The notes below the pieces were generated by a model. That model worked only from the letters and a program-made list of their open reading frames with translations, was not told where the DNA came from and ran no database searches. Shown piece after piece: positions 46,818 to 57,674 of a DNA stretch of 64,000 nucleotides. Origin of the DNA: a virus. Taxonomy: Duplodnaviria > Heunggongvirae > Uroviricota > Caudoviricetes. The stretch lies in the IMG/VR virus record IMGVR_UViG_3300021399_000116, positions 40,796-104,795 of that record; one strand, written 5' to 3'. The position numbers and the translations under genes are program-made. Every line of letters starts with the position of its first letter. Positions within the stretch are counted from its first letter, which is position 1.

Positions 46818-47921
46818 ATGGGAGAAAATGATTTAGATTTAGAACAACAATTAGCAACATTAGGAGTAAGCTTAGGAGGAATTACTTCATCTAAAGATGA
46901 AATACCTGTACCTAAAACTACAGTAGCTACTCCATACACACCAGAAAATCCAACAAATGCAGGAGTAGTAACTAATAGTATAGTACAACCTGCACAAACA
47001 GTGCAACAAACAGTTCAACAACAAGTAAATGAACAAGCACAGGCTCAAGTAGTTCAACAAACTACGACAAATCCTCAAGCAGGAGTATCATATACTACAG
47101 TTCAACAAACAGTTAGTAAGCCAGTAGCAAAGCCTCAACTTCAGCCTCAACAAGATGAAGAATTAGTATTTATAGATTTAGCTCATGCAGTAAATACTCA
47201 AAAAACACCTTGGCTAAGATTAAAAGATAATGAATACTCAAGAGTTTTATTTTTAGGACTAGATAAAATACTACCTCAAAAAATGCACTATATTAAAGGT
47301 CTAGGCTGGTGTAAATGTCTTTCTACTTATAATGAAGATGGTTGGTTAGAAACACCTGCTCAATGTTGTAAGAAACTAGTAAATACACCTACTGGTCCAA
47401 TGTTGTTCCCTAGATTAGATGAAGAAGGAAACGAATTAAAGGCTAAAAGTAGATTTTTAATACCAGTTATAGAATACCCAGTAGATAAATCTAATGCTAA
47501 TAAAATAGTTCCCGGACAATTACCTAAGTTGAAAATGTGGAATATGAATGCTGTAGAATGGGGAGAATTAAGAGAAGGTGTTCAAGCAATTTCTGAAAAT
47601 CCTGATGATTTATCTACTGCAGATTTATCAAATGTAGATTTTATATTACATAAAGATACTACAGGTAGATTTAAAACTATTAGTGTAAAAGTAACACCTA
47701 AGTGTTTAAGAGAAAATTATAAAGATGCTATAAATGCAGAAATAGCAAAAGCTGATAGAGATTTTTATATAACAGCTGTAAAGGAAGCAAGAAAAGTAGT
47801 TTCAGAGGAAACTATGGCTCAAACTTTAGATTCTTTAGAGGCTGCTACAGAAGCAGTGAATAATGCAGTAAATCAAGTTATAGAGAATAACACAATGGGA
47901 AATCAAATGTTAGATATTTAA
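46818..47921 (+). CDS. Hypothetical protein with a Gln/Val-rich N-terminal linker
   Basis: 367 aa with RBS TAGGAGGA. The N-terminal 100 aa are low complexity (QQTVQQQVNEQAQAQVVQQ). Confidence 0.4.
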   Translation: MGENDLDLEQQLATLGVSLGGITSSKDEIPVPKTTVATPYTPENPTNAGVVTNSIVQPAQTVQQTVQQQVNEQAQAQVVQQTTTNPQAGVSYTTVQQTVSKPVAKPQLQPQQDEELVFIDLAHAVNTQKTPWLRLKDNEYSRVLFLGLDKILPQKMHYIKGLGWCKCLSTYNEDGWLETPAQCCKKLVNTPTGPMLFPRLDEEGNELKAKSRFLIPVIEYPVDKSNANKIVPGQLPKLKMWNMNAVEWGELREGVQAISENPDDLSTADLSNVDFILHKDTTGRFKTISVKVTPKCLRENYKDAINAEIAKADRDFYITAVKEARKVVSEETMAQTLDSLEAATEAVNNAVNQVIENNTMGNQMLDI

Positions 47922-47974
47922 GAGAGGAACTTCTTCCTCTCTAATTTTATAAAAAGGGGAGGTAAATAAAATAG

Positions 47975-48514
47975 ATGGATGTAAAAGTACTTTTATGGAT
48001 AACAGTTGTAATATTATTAATTGCAATTTTTATTTCAGAGAAATTACAGAGAGCTCAAAAGAAGAGACTTGATGCACTTAATAAATTAGTAAGAGATAAA
48101 GAGCTAGAAATAGAAAGAAATAAAGCTGATATCTGGAAAAGAAATCAAGAGATACAAAGTTTGAAGAATAAAGTTGCAGATATTAAGAAAAATGAGAATT
48201 TTGCACTTGATATGTTTTCTTCAGATAAAGAAGACTTAGAAAAAATTCTAAGAACAATAGAAAGAGATTATTCTATAACTATAGCTTCTAAAAAGTACTT
48301 AATAAAATTACTAGCATTCTTTCTAATAACTAATCATTCTATGTTATCTATTGAAGATTTAAAAACTAATAAAAAGACTTTAATAGATAATACTAAAACT
48401 CTTAGAAAATATATAATATATGGAAATACAGCCAGCAGTAATAAAGAAAGATTAGAAATAGGTAATGCACTTCTATCTCTAATACTTTATAATAAGAGGA
48501 GTAAGACTAAATGA
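47975..48514 (+). CDS. Hypothetical membrane-anchored coiled-coil protein
   Basis: 179 aa with an N-terminal TM helix. Confidence 0.4.
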   Translation: MDVKVLLWITVVILLIAIFISEKLQRAQKKRLDALNKLVRDKELEIERNKADIWKRNQEIQSLKNKVADIKKNENFALDMFSSDKEDLEKILRTIERDYSITIASKKYLIKLLAFFLITNHSMLSIEDLKTNKKTLIDNTKTLRKYIIYGNTASSNKERLEIGNALLSLILYNKRSKTK

Positions 48515-48868
48515 CAAATCAAGACATAGTAGAAATGTATTACTTAGCTTTATCTAGTAGGCAATGCTTAGATAAAAGATATAATCATAGCTTAGATAAT
48601 TATGTAAATGATAGATGTATGAAATTTTGTAAAAAGCATAAAATAAACATTACTCATCGGAAGTGCATATAGAGAGCTTTGGCATAAATTCAATTATTAT
48701 AAGATTAAAAATATAAGAGCTATAATAGAAAATGGTGTAGATTTATATGGGCTAAGAGCAAATAAATGCATATCAGATAAAGAAATAGTAGATAGACTTA
48801 TAAAAATTAAATCTCAAGAAAAATTATACATAATGAATGGAAAGATAGGTAATTTTAATAAAAAGTAA
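48511..48868 (+). CDS. Hypothetical protein needing a +1 shift at CGG 48658
   Basis: RBS AAGAGGAG before the ATG at 48511. The zero frame stops at TAG 48670-48672, four codons after the in-frame CGG. The +1 frame (GSAYRELWHKFNYYKIKNIR...) runs on to TAA 48866-48868. Neither piece is in the ORF track. Confidence 0.45.
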
Positions 48869-48930
48869 ACATCAGAATTAATTCTAAGACATTTTTATAA
48901 TTAACCAATATAATTTAATATACTAGCGCT

Positions 48931-48962
48931 AGTGTAGGTTCTAATTTTACCTACACTTTTTA
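48931..48962 (+). terminator. Rho-independent terminator
   Basis: Stem AGTGTAGGT/ACCTACACT with a 9-nt loop, followed by TTTTT. Confidence 0.6.
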
Positions 48963-49015
48963 AATGATTATAATATATTATATTAAGAGAACTAAAAGAA
49001 AGGAGATACAGAGAT

Positions 49016-50077
49016 ATGTCATTACCTACAATTACTTTTATGTATATAACAGCTGGGCAAGGGAACACTGGTACTTCTGGACAACAATTAGCAGATTATT
49101 GGACAGCTAACTTTGATTTAATAAAGAGGCTGTTAGTTTCTTTAGATGAAGATTTACAACATAAAGTATCTTCAGATGATATTATTTCATTGAAAGTAGA
49201 AGATAATGTTGCTTACTATACAACTGATGGTACTAATTGGATTTCTTTAGGACCTTCTTTTGCTAACTTATCTGGAGCTGTAGAAGATAATGCAGCTTTA
49301 AATGAGAAGTTTTCAAAATATGTAACTATTGCAAATTATAATAATGCAGTTACTAGAATTTCTACTTTAGAGTCAAATGTTTCTATTATTACAACTACTT
49401 TAGAAGACTTGGAAGATACTGTAAATACTCTAAATACTCAAATGAATGATAGTACTAATGGTGTATTGGTAAGATTAACTAACATGGAAAATAGTTTAGA
49501 GCATAAAATTTCTAGTACATCTGTAGCAGAAATTAGACAGACCTCAAATACATACATAGTAGATGGACAAGAAGTTACTGAGTATTTCTTACAATATAGA
49601 TTAAATGGTTCTTCTGAATGGGTAGATATAACTGGAGCTAATACAATAGAATGGTCTAACATTATCGGAGACATCACAGAAAATGCAGCTTTAATGAATC
49701 AATTTGACATGGTTAATGATGCTATAAGTGATAACACTGATTCTATAAATGAAGTAAGTGGAAATTTAGCTATAGCTCAAGCAGATATAGAAGCATTACA
49801 AGCAGCTCTGAACAATTATGCAACTGTATCAGCATTAAATTCTGCTATATCAGCTATACAGAATCAGATAGATGATATTGCTGGAGATGTTACTACTTTA
49901 CAAACCAGTTTGGGTGAGTTACAAACTACAGTTTCAAATATGAATACTTCTTTTACTGATAGAATGGATGTAATAGAGAGTGAGATAAATGTAGTTTCTA
50001 TTGAAGCGCAAGACTATGAAGCTATAACAACACCAGAGACCAATACTATTTATATGGTTACTGATGTATATCAATAA
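49016..50077 (+). CDS. Coiled-coil structural protein (fibre or whisker-like)
   Basis: 353 aa with RBS AAAGGAGA. Long heptad-like Ser/Thr/Asn-rich segments. Confidence 0.4.
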   Translation: MSLPTITFMYITAGQGNTGTSGQQLADYWTANFDLIKRLLVSLDEDLQHKVSSDDIISLKVEDNVAYYTTDGTNWISLGPSFANLSGAVEDNAALNEKFSKYVTIANYNNAVTRISTLESNVSIITTTLEDLEDTVNTLNTQMNDSTNGVLVRLTNMENSLEHKISSTSVAEIRQTSNTYIVDGQEVTEYFLQYRLNGSSEWVDITGANTIEWSNIIGDITENAALMNQFDMVNDAISDNTDSINEVSGNLAIAQADIEALQAALNNYATVSALNSAISAIQNQIDDIAGDVTTLQTSLGELQTTVSNMNTSFTDRMDVIESEINVVSIEAQDYEAITTPETNTIYMVTDVYQ

Positions 50078-50281
50078 TTAGAATAAATTTTGGAGGTAAA
50101 GTTAAATGATAAATCAAATAGGAAGATTTAAAGCAGACTCTAGTGGAGTCATTCACATTACTAATAAAGAAGATGAAATAGAAATAATGAGTGAAATAGA
50201 TAACATGTCTACCAAGATGTGGAAAGACTTACCTTTAGTAAATTTAGAATATAAAACTGATAAGAAAGGAGATAGATAGAC

Positions 50282-50845
50282 ATGGCTTTAGGAAAAGTTA
50301 CATTAGCAGCTAGACAAAGACAAATGCTTGAATTTATGGATAACTCTAAAAACTATAGGTTTATAGGATTAGGTAAAAGAACACCTTGGCCAGTAGAGGA
50401 AGAACCACCAGAGCCAGATGAAACTATGACAGACTTAGAAGAAATAATAGGACTTCAAAGAGTAGATTATTATAAATATGCTAAACTGATAAAGAATCCG
50501 ACTACTTTACAAAAAAGAACTGGTGTTTATTATAAAGGTCTTTATTATTCTGTAACTCAAGACTCAGAAGTAGCCATAAATGACGGATATACAGATGTAA
50601 TAATAGGAATAACATTTGATAGAGATACTATAGCAGCTATTCCTATAGATGTATCTTTTAGACAAGTAGGTCTTTTTGATACTGTAAATGCTACTTCTAG
50701 TGAGATTCAATATGGTATTTCAGCAGATGCTTGGAACAATAAATCTACGGCAGATAAAGGAATGTTAGTAGCTGTAGAAAATAGAGCTCCAGTTACAAGA
50801 CAAGATGACCAGACAGAGCAAGTAATAATGCTTGTATCGTTTTAA
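50282..50845 (+). CDS. Hypothetical protein
   Basis: 187 aa. Confidence 0.35.
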   Translation: MALGKVTLAARQRQMLEFMDNSKNYRFIGLGKRTPWPVEEEPPEPDETMTDLEEIIGLQRVDYYKYAKLIKNPTTLQKRTGVYYKGLYYSVTQDSEVAINDGYTDVIIGITFDRDTIAAIPIDVSFRQVGLFDTVNATSSEIQYGISADAWNNKSTADKGMLVAVENRAPVTRQDDQTEQVIMLVSF

Positions 50846-50872
50846 ATAAAGTAGAAAAGAAAGGAGAAAAAC

Positions 50873-53143
50873 ATGCAAACTTGGGAAAAACTTTTAATTA
50901 ATACAACTACTCGTGAATTAATAGAGAAGTTTAACATTAATGCTACTAGCTCAGAGTTTATAGATAAAACTCTAGGTAGTGTAATGAGTAACGGTTTATT
51001 ATTCACAGGAACAGAAACTATTGATGAAGAAATCATCAATCCATTTACACCAGTTCCTATCAGTGGAGTAGTTAATTCAAATACTATTTTCGATAATTTT
51101 AGAATGTATTTTAGAGAGACAAATAATGTAGTAGAAACTAATCAACTTCCAGTTGATTTAACTAATTTTAATGATGCTAAGCCTCACTTTTTATATTTTA
51201 AAGAAGATTTTACATACAGAGTTTCTGATTATATGTTTGGTCAATCTGATGAAGTTCTAATTTGTAGATTTGTAATAAATGAAGATAGTACTTGGAATCA
51301 AATTTATATTATGGCTCAAAGAGCAGGAACTCCAGCTTATGATGCAGGAGATGAATTTTATTCTATAGATGGAATAAATGTAAAGAGTCCTGGAGGATTG
51401 AAGTTATCTCACTTAGATGGAATAGTAAGACGTTCTGGAATAGAATTTACAGATAGATTTTCACCAGATTTATATAGATGCTTTGCAAATTCTAACACAG
51501 CTGTTCCTATAAGATATACTAATTTACAGAATGAAGTAGACTATACAGCAGACCCAGTACAGAATGTTGACCCTAATCACTATATGACTTATGATTCTAA
51601 TTCTAAGCTTAAAAATAATGCTTCAGAAAGAATTAGAAATTTATACAATTTAATTTATGGAGTAGATGAGTATGCAGAAGTACTAGCTAAAGCTTTATCA
51701 GATGATATTACATCTGCAGCTGGACAGTCCGAGTATAGAAAAATAGTAGATATATTTGTTGCTCACATGAATAGTATCTATGTAATGGTTGGAGAATTAG
51801 CAGATTATTTATCAGACTCATATTTTAGTACTATAGATTTAACAAACCTAAATAATAACATAACAGCATACATGACATTTTCTAATGATAATTTCGGAGA
51901 TACAGTTCCTATAACATTTGATACTGTAGACGCTATTAGAAATGCAGTTTATTATTTATTACCTGGAAAGAGTGAAATCTGTGATATTCCTATGGAAGAT
52001 GTTTTAGGAGTCTTATATACAGCAATAAATGAACTATCTATAACTTCTGGGACTTTGAAAAACGTAACTACAGATTACTATACTCTTCAAAGAGTTTTAT
52101 GGGATATATATGAAGATAAATTAATAGTACAATATGGAGATAGAGAATTTGAAGACTTAGAAAGTGCTTCAGATGCAATCTCTTCTATGACTTATCCAGT
52201 TCCTTTTGGAAGATTGATGTATATTCCTTTAGCAGTAATAGTGTTAAAACAGGGAGAAACAGACTTAGCTACTAGTACAGAGTCTATTATAATAACTAAA
52301 CAATACATATATGCAGATTCTGAACAAGAAGGTTTTGCAGATTATGTTGCAAGAGCTTTAGCCAATAAAGGACTTGCATATATACAACAGATTTTAGATG
52401 GTTCTTTACCAGTAGGAAAAGCTAAAACATTAGCCTATAATAACAATGGTGTAGACACTTATGTAAGTGGTGATTTTTATCTAAATTATGATAATTTAAG
52501 AAATGCAGTAAAAGTAATAAACAATCTAACTTCTAGTACTTATAATAGTAAAGAAGCTTTATCTGCATATCAAGGATATTTATTAAATCAAAATAAGTTA
52601 AATAGAGACGGAAGTAACAGTATAACTGGAAATTTATTACCAGATACTACTAATACTAAGGACTTAGGAAGTACAGATAAAAGATTTAGAAATATCTATA
52701 CTAACCAACTTAATACTTCTGGAAATATAACTTCTGGAGGAAATATTTTACCTAGTGCAAATGAGTCTAAAGATTTAGGAAGTAGTTCAGCTAAGTGGAA
52801 TAATTTATATGTTAAAGCTATTTCTGGAGTAACTTCTATTTCTACAGCTTCTATTACTACTTCTGGTAATGCTTCTATAGGTGGAAATTTAGGTGTTACT
52901 GGTTCAACTACTTTGAAAGGTACTACAGTTCAAGGAAATTTAAGAGTTGCTGGAACCGCAACTATAAATGGACTTACTCTTGCTCTTAAGCCTACTTTCG
53001 ATAGTGCAGATAAAGGTGGATTTGTATTATCTAGAGGTGAAAGTGGTGGAGGAATAACTGTAGAGTTTTTAGAAGCTGCTTCTGGCAAAAACTCTGGTAA
53101 TTTAGGATATTTTGCTAACAAATCTGTAGTAGTAAGTTGGTAG
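50873..53143 (+). CDS. Tail fibre protein
   Basis: 756 aa. The C-terminal third carries tail-fibre repeats (GNLLPDTTNTKDLGSTDKRFRNIYT / GNILPSANESKDLGSSSAKWNNLYV / GNLGVTGSTTLKGTTVQGNLRVAGTATINGLTL). Confidence 0.65.
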   Translation: MQTWEKLLINTTTRELIEKFNINATSSEFIDKTLGSVMSNGLLFTGTETIDEEIINPFTPVPISGVVNSNTIFDNFRMYFRETNNVVETNQLPVDLTNFNDAKPHFLYFKEDFTYRVSDYMFGQSDEVLICRFVINEDSTWNQIYIMAQRAGTPAYDAGDEFYSIDGINVKSPGGLKLSHLDGIVRRSGIEFTDRFSPDLYRCFANSNTAVPIRYTNLQNEVDYTADPVQNVDPNHYMTYDSNSKLKNNASERIRNLYNLIYGVDEYAEVLAKALSDDITSAAGQSEYRKIVDIFVAHMNSIYVMVGELADYLSDSYFSTIDLTNLNNNITAYMTFSNDNFGDTVPITFDTVDAIRNAVYYLLPGKSEICDIPMEDVLGVLYTAINELSITSGTLKNVTTDYYTLQRVLWDIYEDKLIVQYGDREFEDLESASDAISSMTYPVPFGRLMYIPLAVIVLKQGETDLATSTESIIITKQYIYADSEQEGFADYVARALANKGLAYIQQILDGSLPVGKAKTLAYNNNGVDTYVSGDFYLNYDNLRNAVKVINNLTSSTYNSKEALSAYQGYLLNQNKLNRDGSNSITGNLLPDTTNTKDLGSTDKRFRNIYTNQLNTSGNITSGGNILPSANESKDLGSSSAKWNNLYVKAISGVTSISTASITTSGNASIGGNLGVTGSTTLKGTTVQGNLRVAGTATINGLTLALKPTFDSADKGGFVLSRGESGGGITVEFLEAASGKNSGNLGYFANKSVVVSW

Positions 53144-53155
53144 GAGGTGTAGAGT

Positions 53156-54142
53156 ATGGCGACAGTAACATATACAGTTTCAGGTACACAGATGCACTCA
53201 AGAAAGCCTAAAATAAAAAATGATTTAACAATTAAAGTTACTAGAAAGAATAAACAAACAAAAAAAGTTACTATTTCTATCACTGGAACTATTACTCCTG
53301 CTGCTAGTACAGAATTTTATAGAGGACCATTTTCTAATCCTCAAACAGGTTTCTATTTTTCAACTCATAAAGGTACAGATGGTAGACATGGAAATTATTA
53401 TAATTTAAGATATGGTACTGATACTGATATAGATGTAAGTTGGAGTGAAGAATGGACTAGTGGCACTTTAAAGATATATAGTCACTGCGGTTTCGGAGAC
53501 TCAGGAGACCATTCTATTCATTGTTCTTATGATTATGATAATATATTACTTAAATCTATAGATATTTCAAAGTTACCTTATGAAGAATATATTGACCCCA
53601 CTAACTTTACTAGTGGTAAAGTATTTAACCAAAATGGAGTACAGAATGGAAATGAAAAGCCAGATAGATGCATTAAAGTAACTTGGTCTGGAGAAAAACC
53701 TGGGAGTTATAGCTTTGATAGATATAGTATAGATTTATTCAAAGTTTCTGGGCATTATGATGATGGTACGTATAGAATTGGTTCATTTAACAATGTATCT
53801 AAAAACACTTTATACGATTTAGATAATATTTCATATAATGGAGACTATAGAGACTTAAATAATCGTCATGTTAGACCAGGAGATACTTTGTATGTATGTA
53901 TCAGAGCTCATAGCACTAAAGGAGATGGAGGTAGTTGGTTACCTAGATATTATGTAGGAACGATAAAATTATATAAAGATGGAAAGATATTGTATAAACA
54001 GTCTAATGGTACTGGAGTAGAATGTACTAAACTATATTATAAGCAGTCTAATGGTACAGTACAAAAAGGAAGATATGCTTTTTATAAACAAAATAACAGT
54101 ACTGTAAAAGTCATAGATATGTATACATATTGTTATGAATAA
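53156..54142 (+). CDS. Hypothetical fibre-associated protein
   Basis: 328 aa with RBS TAGGAGGTG, directly downstream of the tail fibre gene. Confidence 0.4.
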   Translation: MATVTYTVSGTQMHSRKPKIKNDLTIKVTRKNKQTKKVTISITGTITPAASTEFYRGPFSNPQTGFYFSTHKGTDGRHGNYYNLRYGTDTDIDVSWSEEWTSGTLKIYSHCGFGDSGDHSIHCSYDYDNILLKSIDISKLPYEEYIDPTNFTSGKVFNQNGVQNGNEKPDRCIKVTWSGEKPGSYSFDRYSIDLFKVSGHYDDGTYRIGSFNNVSKNTLYDLDNISYNGDYRDLNNRHVRPGDTLYVCIRAHSTKGDGGSWLPRYYVGTIKLYKDGKILYKQSNGTGVECTKLYYKQSNGTVQKGRYAFYKQNNSTVKVIDMYTYCYE

Positions 54143-54162
54143 TAAACAGGAGGTTCACAGAA

Positions 54163-54585
54163 ATGCTCAGAATAAACACAGAGATAATTTTAGATAATGG
54201 AATAGTAATTAATTGGCTTCTTTTAAATCTTGTCTCTATAAGGAAATCTGAATTGGAGTTAACTTTTGATACATTCACTTCTAAAGATTTATTAGTAAAG
54301 TCAGTTGAAAGAAAAATAAAAATAAAAGAAAATTTAGAATTAGCTGCAAAGTTTAAAGATATGGTTGATAATAAAACTTCTACTGATAAAGATGAACTAA
54401 ATGAGCTACAAAATAAAATTAATAAATTATCAGATGAGGTAGATAATCTTCCAGATTATAATGAAGTAGTTATATCTAATTTTTCAGTTACTATTCCATA
54501 TTCTCATAAAGAAAAAATAACTAAAGATTTCATAGTAGAAAAGTTAAAAGAAAAGAATTTATTTAAGATAGAAAAGTATGAATAG
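54163..54585 (+). CDS. Hypothetical protein
   Basis: 140 aa with RBS ACAGGAGGT. Confidence 0.35.
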   Translation: MLRINTEIILDNGIVINWLLLNLVSIRKSELELTFDTFTSKDLLVKSVERKIKIKENLELAAKFKDMVDNKTSTDKDELNELQNKINKLSDEVDNLPDYNEVVISNFSVTIPYSHKEKITKDFIVEKLKEKNLFKIEKYE

Positions 54586-54602
54586 AAAGGAGATTAGATA
54601 AT

Positions 54603-55343
54603 ATGATACAAATGCTTGGTAGTTCTAGACTACTTAATAAGGCTATTCAAGAGAATGTTAATTCTACGAATACTAATAGAATTATAGAACTATATGGTAT
54701 AAGTTCTATTGATGAATTGACTGATGTTCCATTATTAGTTAAATCTTCTGTATCTGGCACAAGTGCTACTACTTATATTGAGATAACTAGCAGCGGAACA
54801 ACTATAGATACAGTAGAACTTAATGTTTATAACAATGGTGCAATAGATGTACCATTTTCAAACTGGGTTATAGCAAACCAATTGTACTTTTTAGTATATG
54901 ATTTTGATAATAGTTGCTTTAACGCTTTTCCAGTAGGTAGCGGAGAATCAGCTGCTCCCCCTCCTAGTACTTTAATGGCCTTATCAGATGATATCTTGAC
55001 TTTAACAAATTCTTCTACAGCTTCTGAGATTGAAACAGCCTTTGGAGATGTTGACAGTGAAGAGACTTTTATGGATTGGGTTAGCAGTATGTCTGGTCAA
55101 TTAGTTATTTTTGATTTAGATTATAGTATTGTAAATTATATAACAATAAATAACTATAGAATGTCTAGTGATGGACTACACTACTCAATTTATTTTAATA
55201 CTTATAATGTTAATAGCAACAATACTTTAGAATTAGTTTACAAAGTTATGACTTTTAATAAAACTGCAACTGCTGATACTATATTTAGTTCAGTATCAGT
55301 GAAAGAAACTACTATATCTGATGGAAATGGGGTGGCATACTAA
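54603..55343 (+). CDS. Hypothetical protein
   Basis: 246 aa. Confidence 0.35.
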   Translation: MIQMLGSSRLLNKAIQENVNSTNTNRIIELYGISSIDELTDVPLLVKSSVSGTSATTYIEITSSGTTIDTVELNVYNNGAIDVPFSNWVIANQLYFLVYDFDNSCFNAFPVGSGESAAPPPSTLMALSDDILTLTNSSTASEIETAFGDVDSEETFMDWVSSMSGQLVIFDLDYSIVNYITINNYRMSSDGLHYSIYFNTYNVNSNNTLELVYKVMTFNKTATADTIFSSVSVKETTISDGNGVAY

Positions 55344-56374
55344 TGGGACAAGTTTATGTAGATGAAAATAGTTTAAGTTCAATAGGAAATGCAATCAGAA
55401 ACATAACTAACACAACTAATAATTTTTATCCTAATCAAATGGGACCAGCTATAGAAAATATCAGTATGGGTCCAGAAATTACAGATGCTAGTTACTTATT
55501 TTATCATGGAGCTAGAATGTCTCAGTATATAGATTTAATAAACTGTATATCTCCTAATGTACATTACACTTCAGAAATGTTTTCAGGACTTAATTTTTCA
55601 AATTACCCATTTGAAATCCCTATTTTTAATACAAGTAATGTAGTACAAGCTTCCAATATGTTTTTTAATTATATAATGCTAAGAAATGCTCCTGCATTTA
55701 ATTTTAGCAGTCTTACACAGGCTCAATATATGTTTTCTAACTGTACTAACTTAACAGATATTCCTAATTTTACTACTAGTGATAGGTTACAAAATTTGTG
55801 CGGTATTTTTAGATATTGTTATAGTATGACGAATACCAGTAATATAAGTTATTGGAATACAGAAAATGTTACTAACATAGACCAGATGTTTCTATTTTGT
55901 AATCACATATCAACAATTAATGATTTGAATTTCCCTAAAGTTACTAATTTAAGAACTTTTTGTGGTGGTTGTCATTCACTTGTTTCATTAAATAATTGCA
56001 ATTTTAGTAATGCACAGAACTTGTGGCAATCTTTTAGTCAGTGCTGGAATTTACAAGCTATACCAGAAATTCATTCAGACAATATTATTAATATGTGTGA
56101 AGCCTTTGTAAGTTGTTCTAATTTAACAGAAGTTATACAATATAATACTTTAAAAGTAAAAGATATGTGTAGAACTTTTCAGTTCTGTAATAATTTAAGT
56201 AATGCAAGTATACAGAATATAATTAATATGTGTTTAAATAGTAATATAACAACTGCTAGTTATAAAAATCTAACAGTTAATAATGGTAATAGCCCACTTT
56301 ATCAGACTAAATTTAATAATTCATACTATCAAGATAGATGGCAAGAACTTACAGATGCTGGTTGGACATATTAG
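55343..56374 (+). CDS. BspA-type leucine-rich repeat (LRR_5) protein
   Basis: Tandem ~23-aa repeats of the pattern NxxxMFxxCxxLxxIP (for example FSNCTNLTDIPNFTTS, FLFCNHISTINDLNF, FVSCSNLTEVIQYN). The last 20 codons are nearly identical at DNA level to 63940-64000. Confidence 0.55.
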   Translation: MGQVYVDENSLSSIGNAIRNITNTTNNFYPNQMGPAIENISMGPEITDASYLFYHGARMSQYIDLINCISPNVHYTSEMFSGLNFSNYPFEIPIFNTSNVVQASNMFFNYIMLRNAPAFNFSSLTQAQYMFSNCTNLTDIPNFTTSDRLQNLCGIFRYCYSMTNTSNISYWNTENVTNIDQMFLFCNHISTINDLNFPKVTNLRTFCGGCHSLVSLNNCNFSNAQNLWQSFSQCWNLQAIPEIHSDNIINMCEAFVSCSNLTEVIQYNTLKVKDMCRTFQFCNNLSNASIQNIINMCLNSNITTASYKNLTVNNGNSPLYQTKFNNSYYQDRWQELTDAGWTY

Positions 56375-56403
56375 AAGCATAATATTTAATAGGAGGAATT
56401 TTC

Positions 56404-56814
56404 ATGGCATTTTTAAAAGAGAGGAAATTAAAAAATGGAGTTATAACTACCTATCATAGAATTAAATCTGTAAACTATAATTTTTTAGAAGGACAGACTT
56501 TAGTAGAGATAGATAGTTATACTTCTAAAGAATACAGAGAAAAAGAGAAGAAAATAGATGAACTAAATAAAACAATTAATGTTCTTTATAATCAGTATAG
56601 AACTTCTATAGAAAAAGGAGAAAAACAGTTAGCAGATTCTATAAGAGAGAAAATGAATGAACTTCAAGAGATTCAAGATGATTTATCTTCTAAAAACTTT
56701 ATAGCTGATACTTCTGTAGTTACTATAGATTCTATACCTGAAGATATAACTATTTCATCTATCTATAAATTACTCAGTACTTTAGAAGAATATTCTGATG
56801 CGAAAGAGGTGTAA
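56404..56814 (+). CDS. Hypothetical protein
   Basis: 136 aa with RBS TAGGAGGAA. Confidence 0.35.
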   Translation: MAFLKERKLKNGVITTYHRIKSVNYNFLEGQTLVEIDSYTSKEYREKEKKIDELNKTINVLYNQYRTSIEKGEKQLADSIREKMNELQEIQDDLSSKNFIADTSVVTIDSIPEDITISSIYKLLSTLEEYSDAKEV

Positions 56815-56816
56815 AA

Positions 56817-57455
56817 ATGAAAGAAAGATTGCAAGTTCCAATAAATGGTTTAGTTAATACTAACCAAAGCTTTTTAAGAGCTGATATAGATACAGTTTAC
56901 ATAGGAAAGAAAAGATATCTAAATATATTAGCTTCTGTAGAATTAAAGCCTGATATAGGAAAAGCCAGTACTTCTACTTTAGAGACTTTTGAACTTAGAA
57001 TATCTCTAGATGATAATCTCATAAAGAGAGAAACTATAGAAATAGATTTATTAGAAGGAAAAGACTATCAGATAGAGACTGATGTAGAACTTCATAATGT
57101 ACAGTATGAAACTAGATTATTAAACGTTGAGATGTGTAACTTTAGAAATAATATTATAGAATATACAGCAATAAAAGAAATGATAAATATAGAACCTATA
57201 AAAGAAAGTAAAACTTTTATAAGAGTAGATTACTATCAAGACAAAGACTTAGTTCATAACTTTAGTTATTATACTAATAAATCAACAAATAGAATTTTTA
57301 TGAAGATGAACAATAATAATTGGAAAGAAATTTTTAGTGGTTTCAGTTTAAAAAATGAAGAATTAGAAGGAAAAGTAAATTACCTTCAACTTTACACTAC
57401 AGATGAAGAAAATAACAAAATCTATTCAAATGTTATCAGATTTATAAAAACTTAA
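56817..57455 (+). CDS. Hypothetical protein
   Basis: 212 aa. The stop is followed immediately by the repeated ACATCAGAATGA element. Confidence 0.35.
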   Translation: MKERLQVPINGLVNTNQSFLRADIDTVYIGKKRYLNILASVELKPDIGKASTSTLETFELRISLDDNLIKRETIEIDLLEGKDYQIETDVELHNVQYETRLLNVEMCNFRNNIIEYTAIKEMINIEPIKESKTFIRVDYYQDKDLVHNFSYYTNKSTNRIFMKMNNNNWKEIFSGFSLKNEELEGKVNYLQLYTTDEENNKIYSNVIRFIKT

Positions 57456-57674
57456 ACATCAGAATGACTTTAGAGACATTTTAAAAACTATCTAATATAA
57501 ATTATATTAAGAAGAATAAGTAACCTGCTTAGCTTATTCTTCTTTTCTTTTGTATAAATAATCTCATCAATATTTAATGCTTTATAATATATTATATTAA
57601 GAAGAAATTTAGAAGCAATTATATCGATTGATAACCTATCATCATAAGTTTAATAAATTATAGGAGGAAAGAGT

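Noticed and set aside
1329-48936. TAGCGCTA palindromes at 1329, 32797 and 48929 as a regulatory element
   Set aside because: There are only three copies, each overlapping a stop codon, with no conserved flanks. This could be chance or a restriction-site remnant. It is noted but not called.
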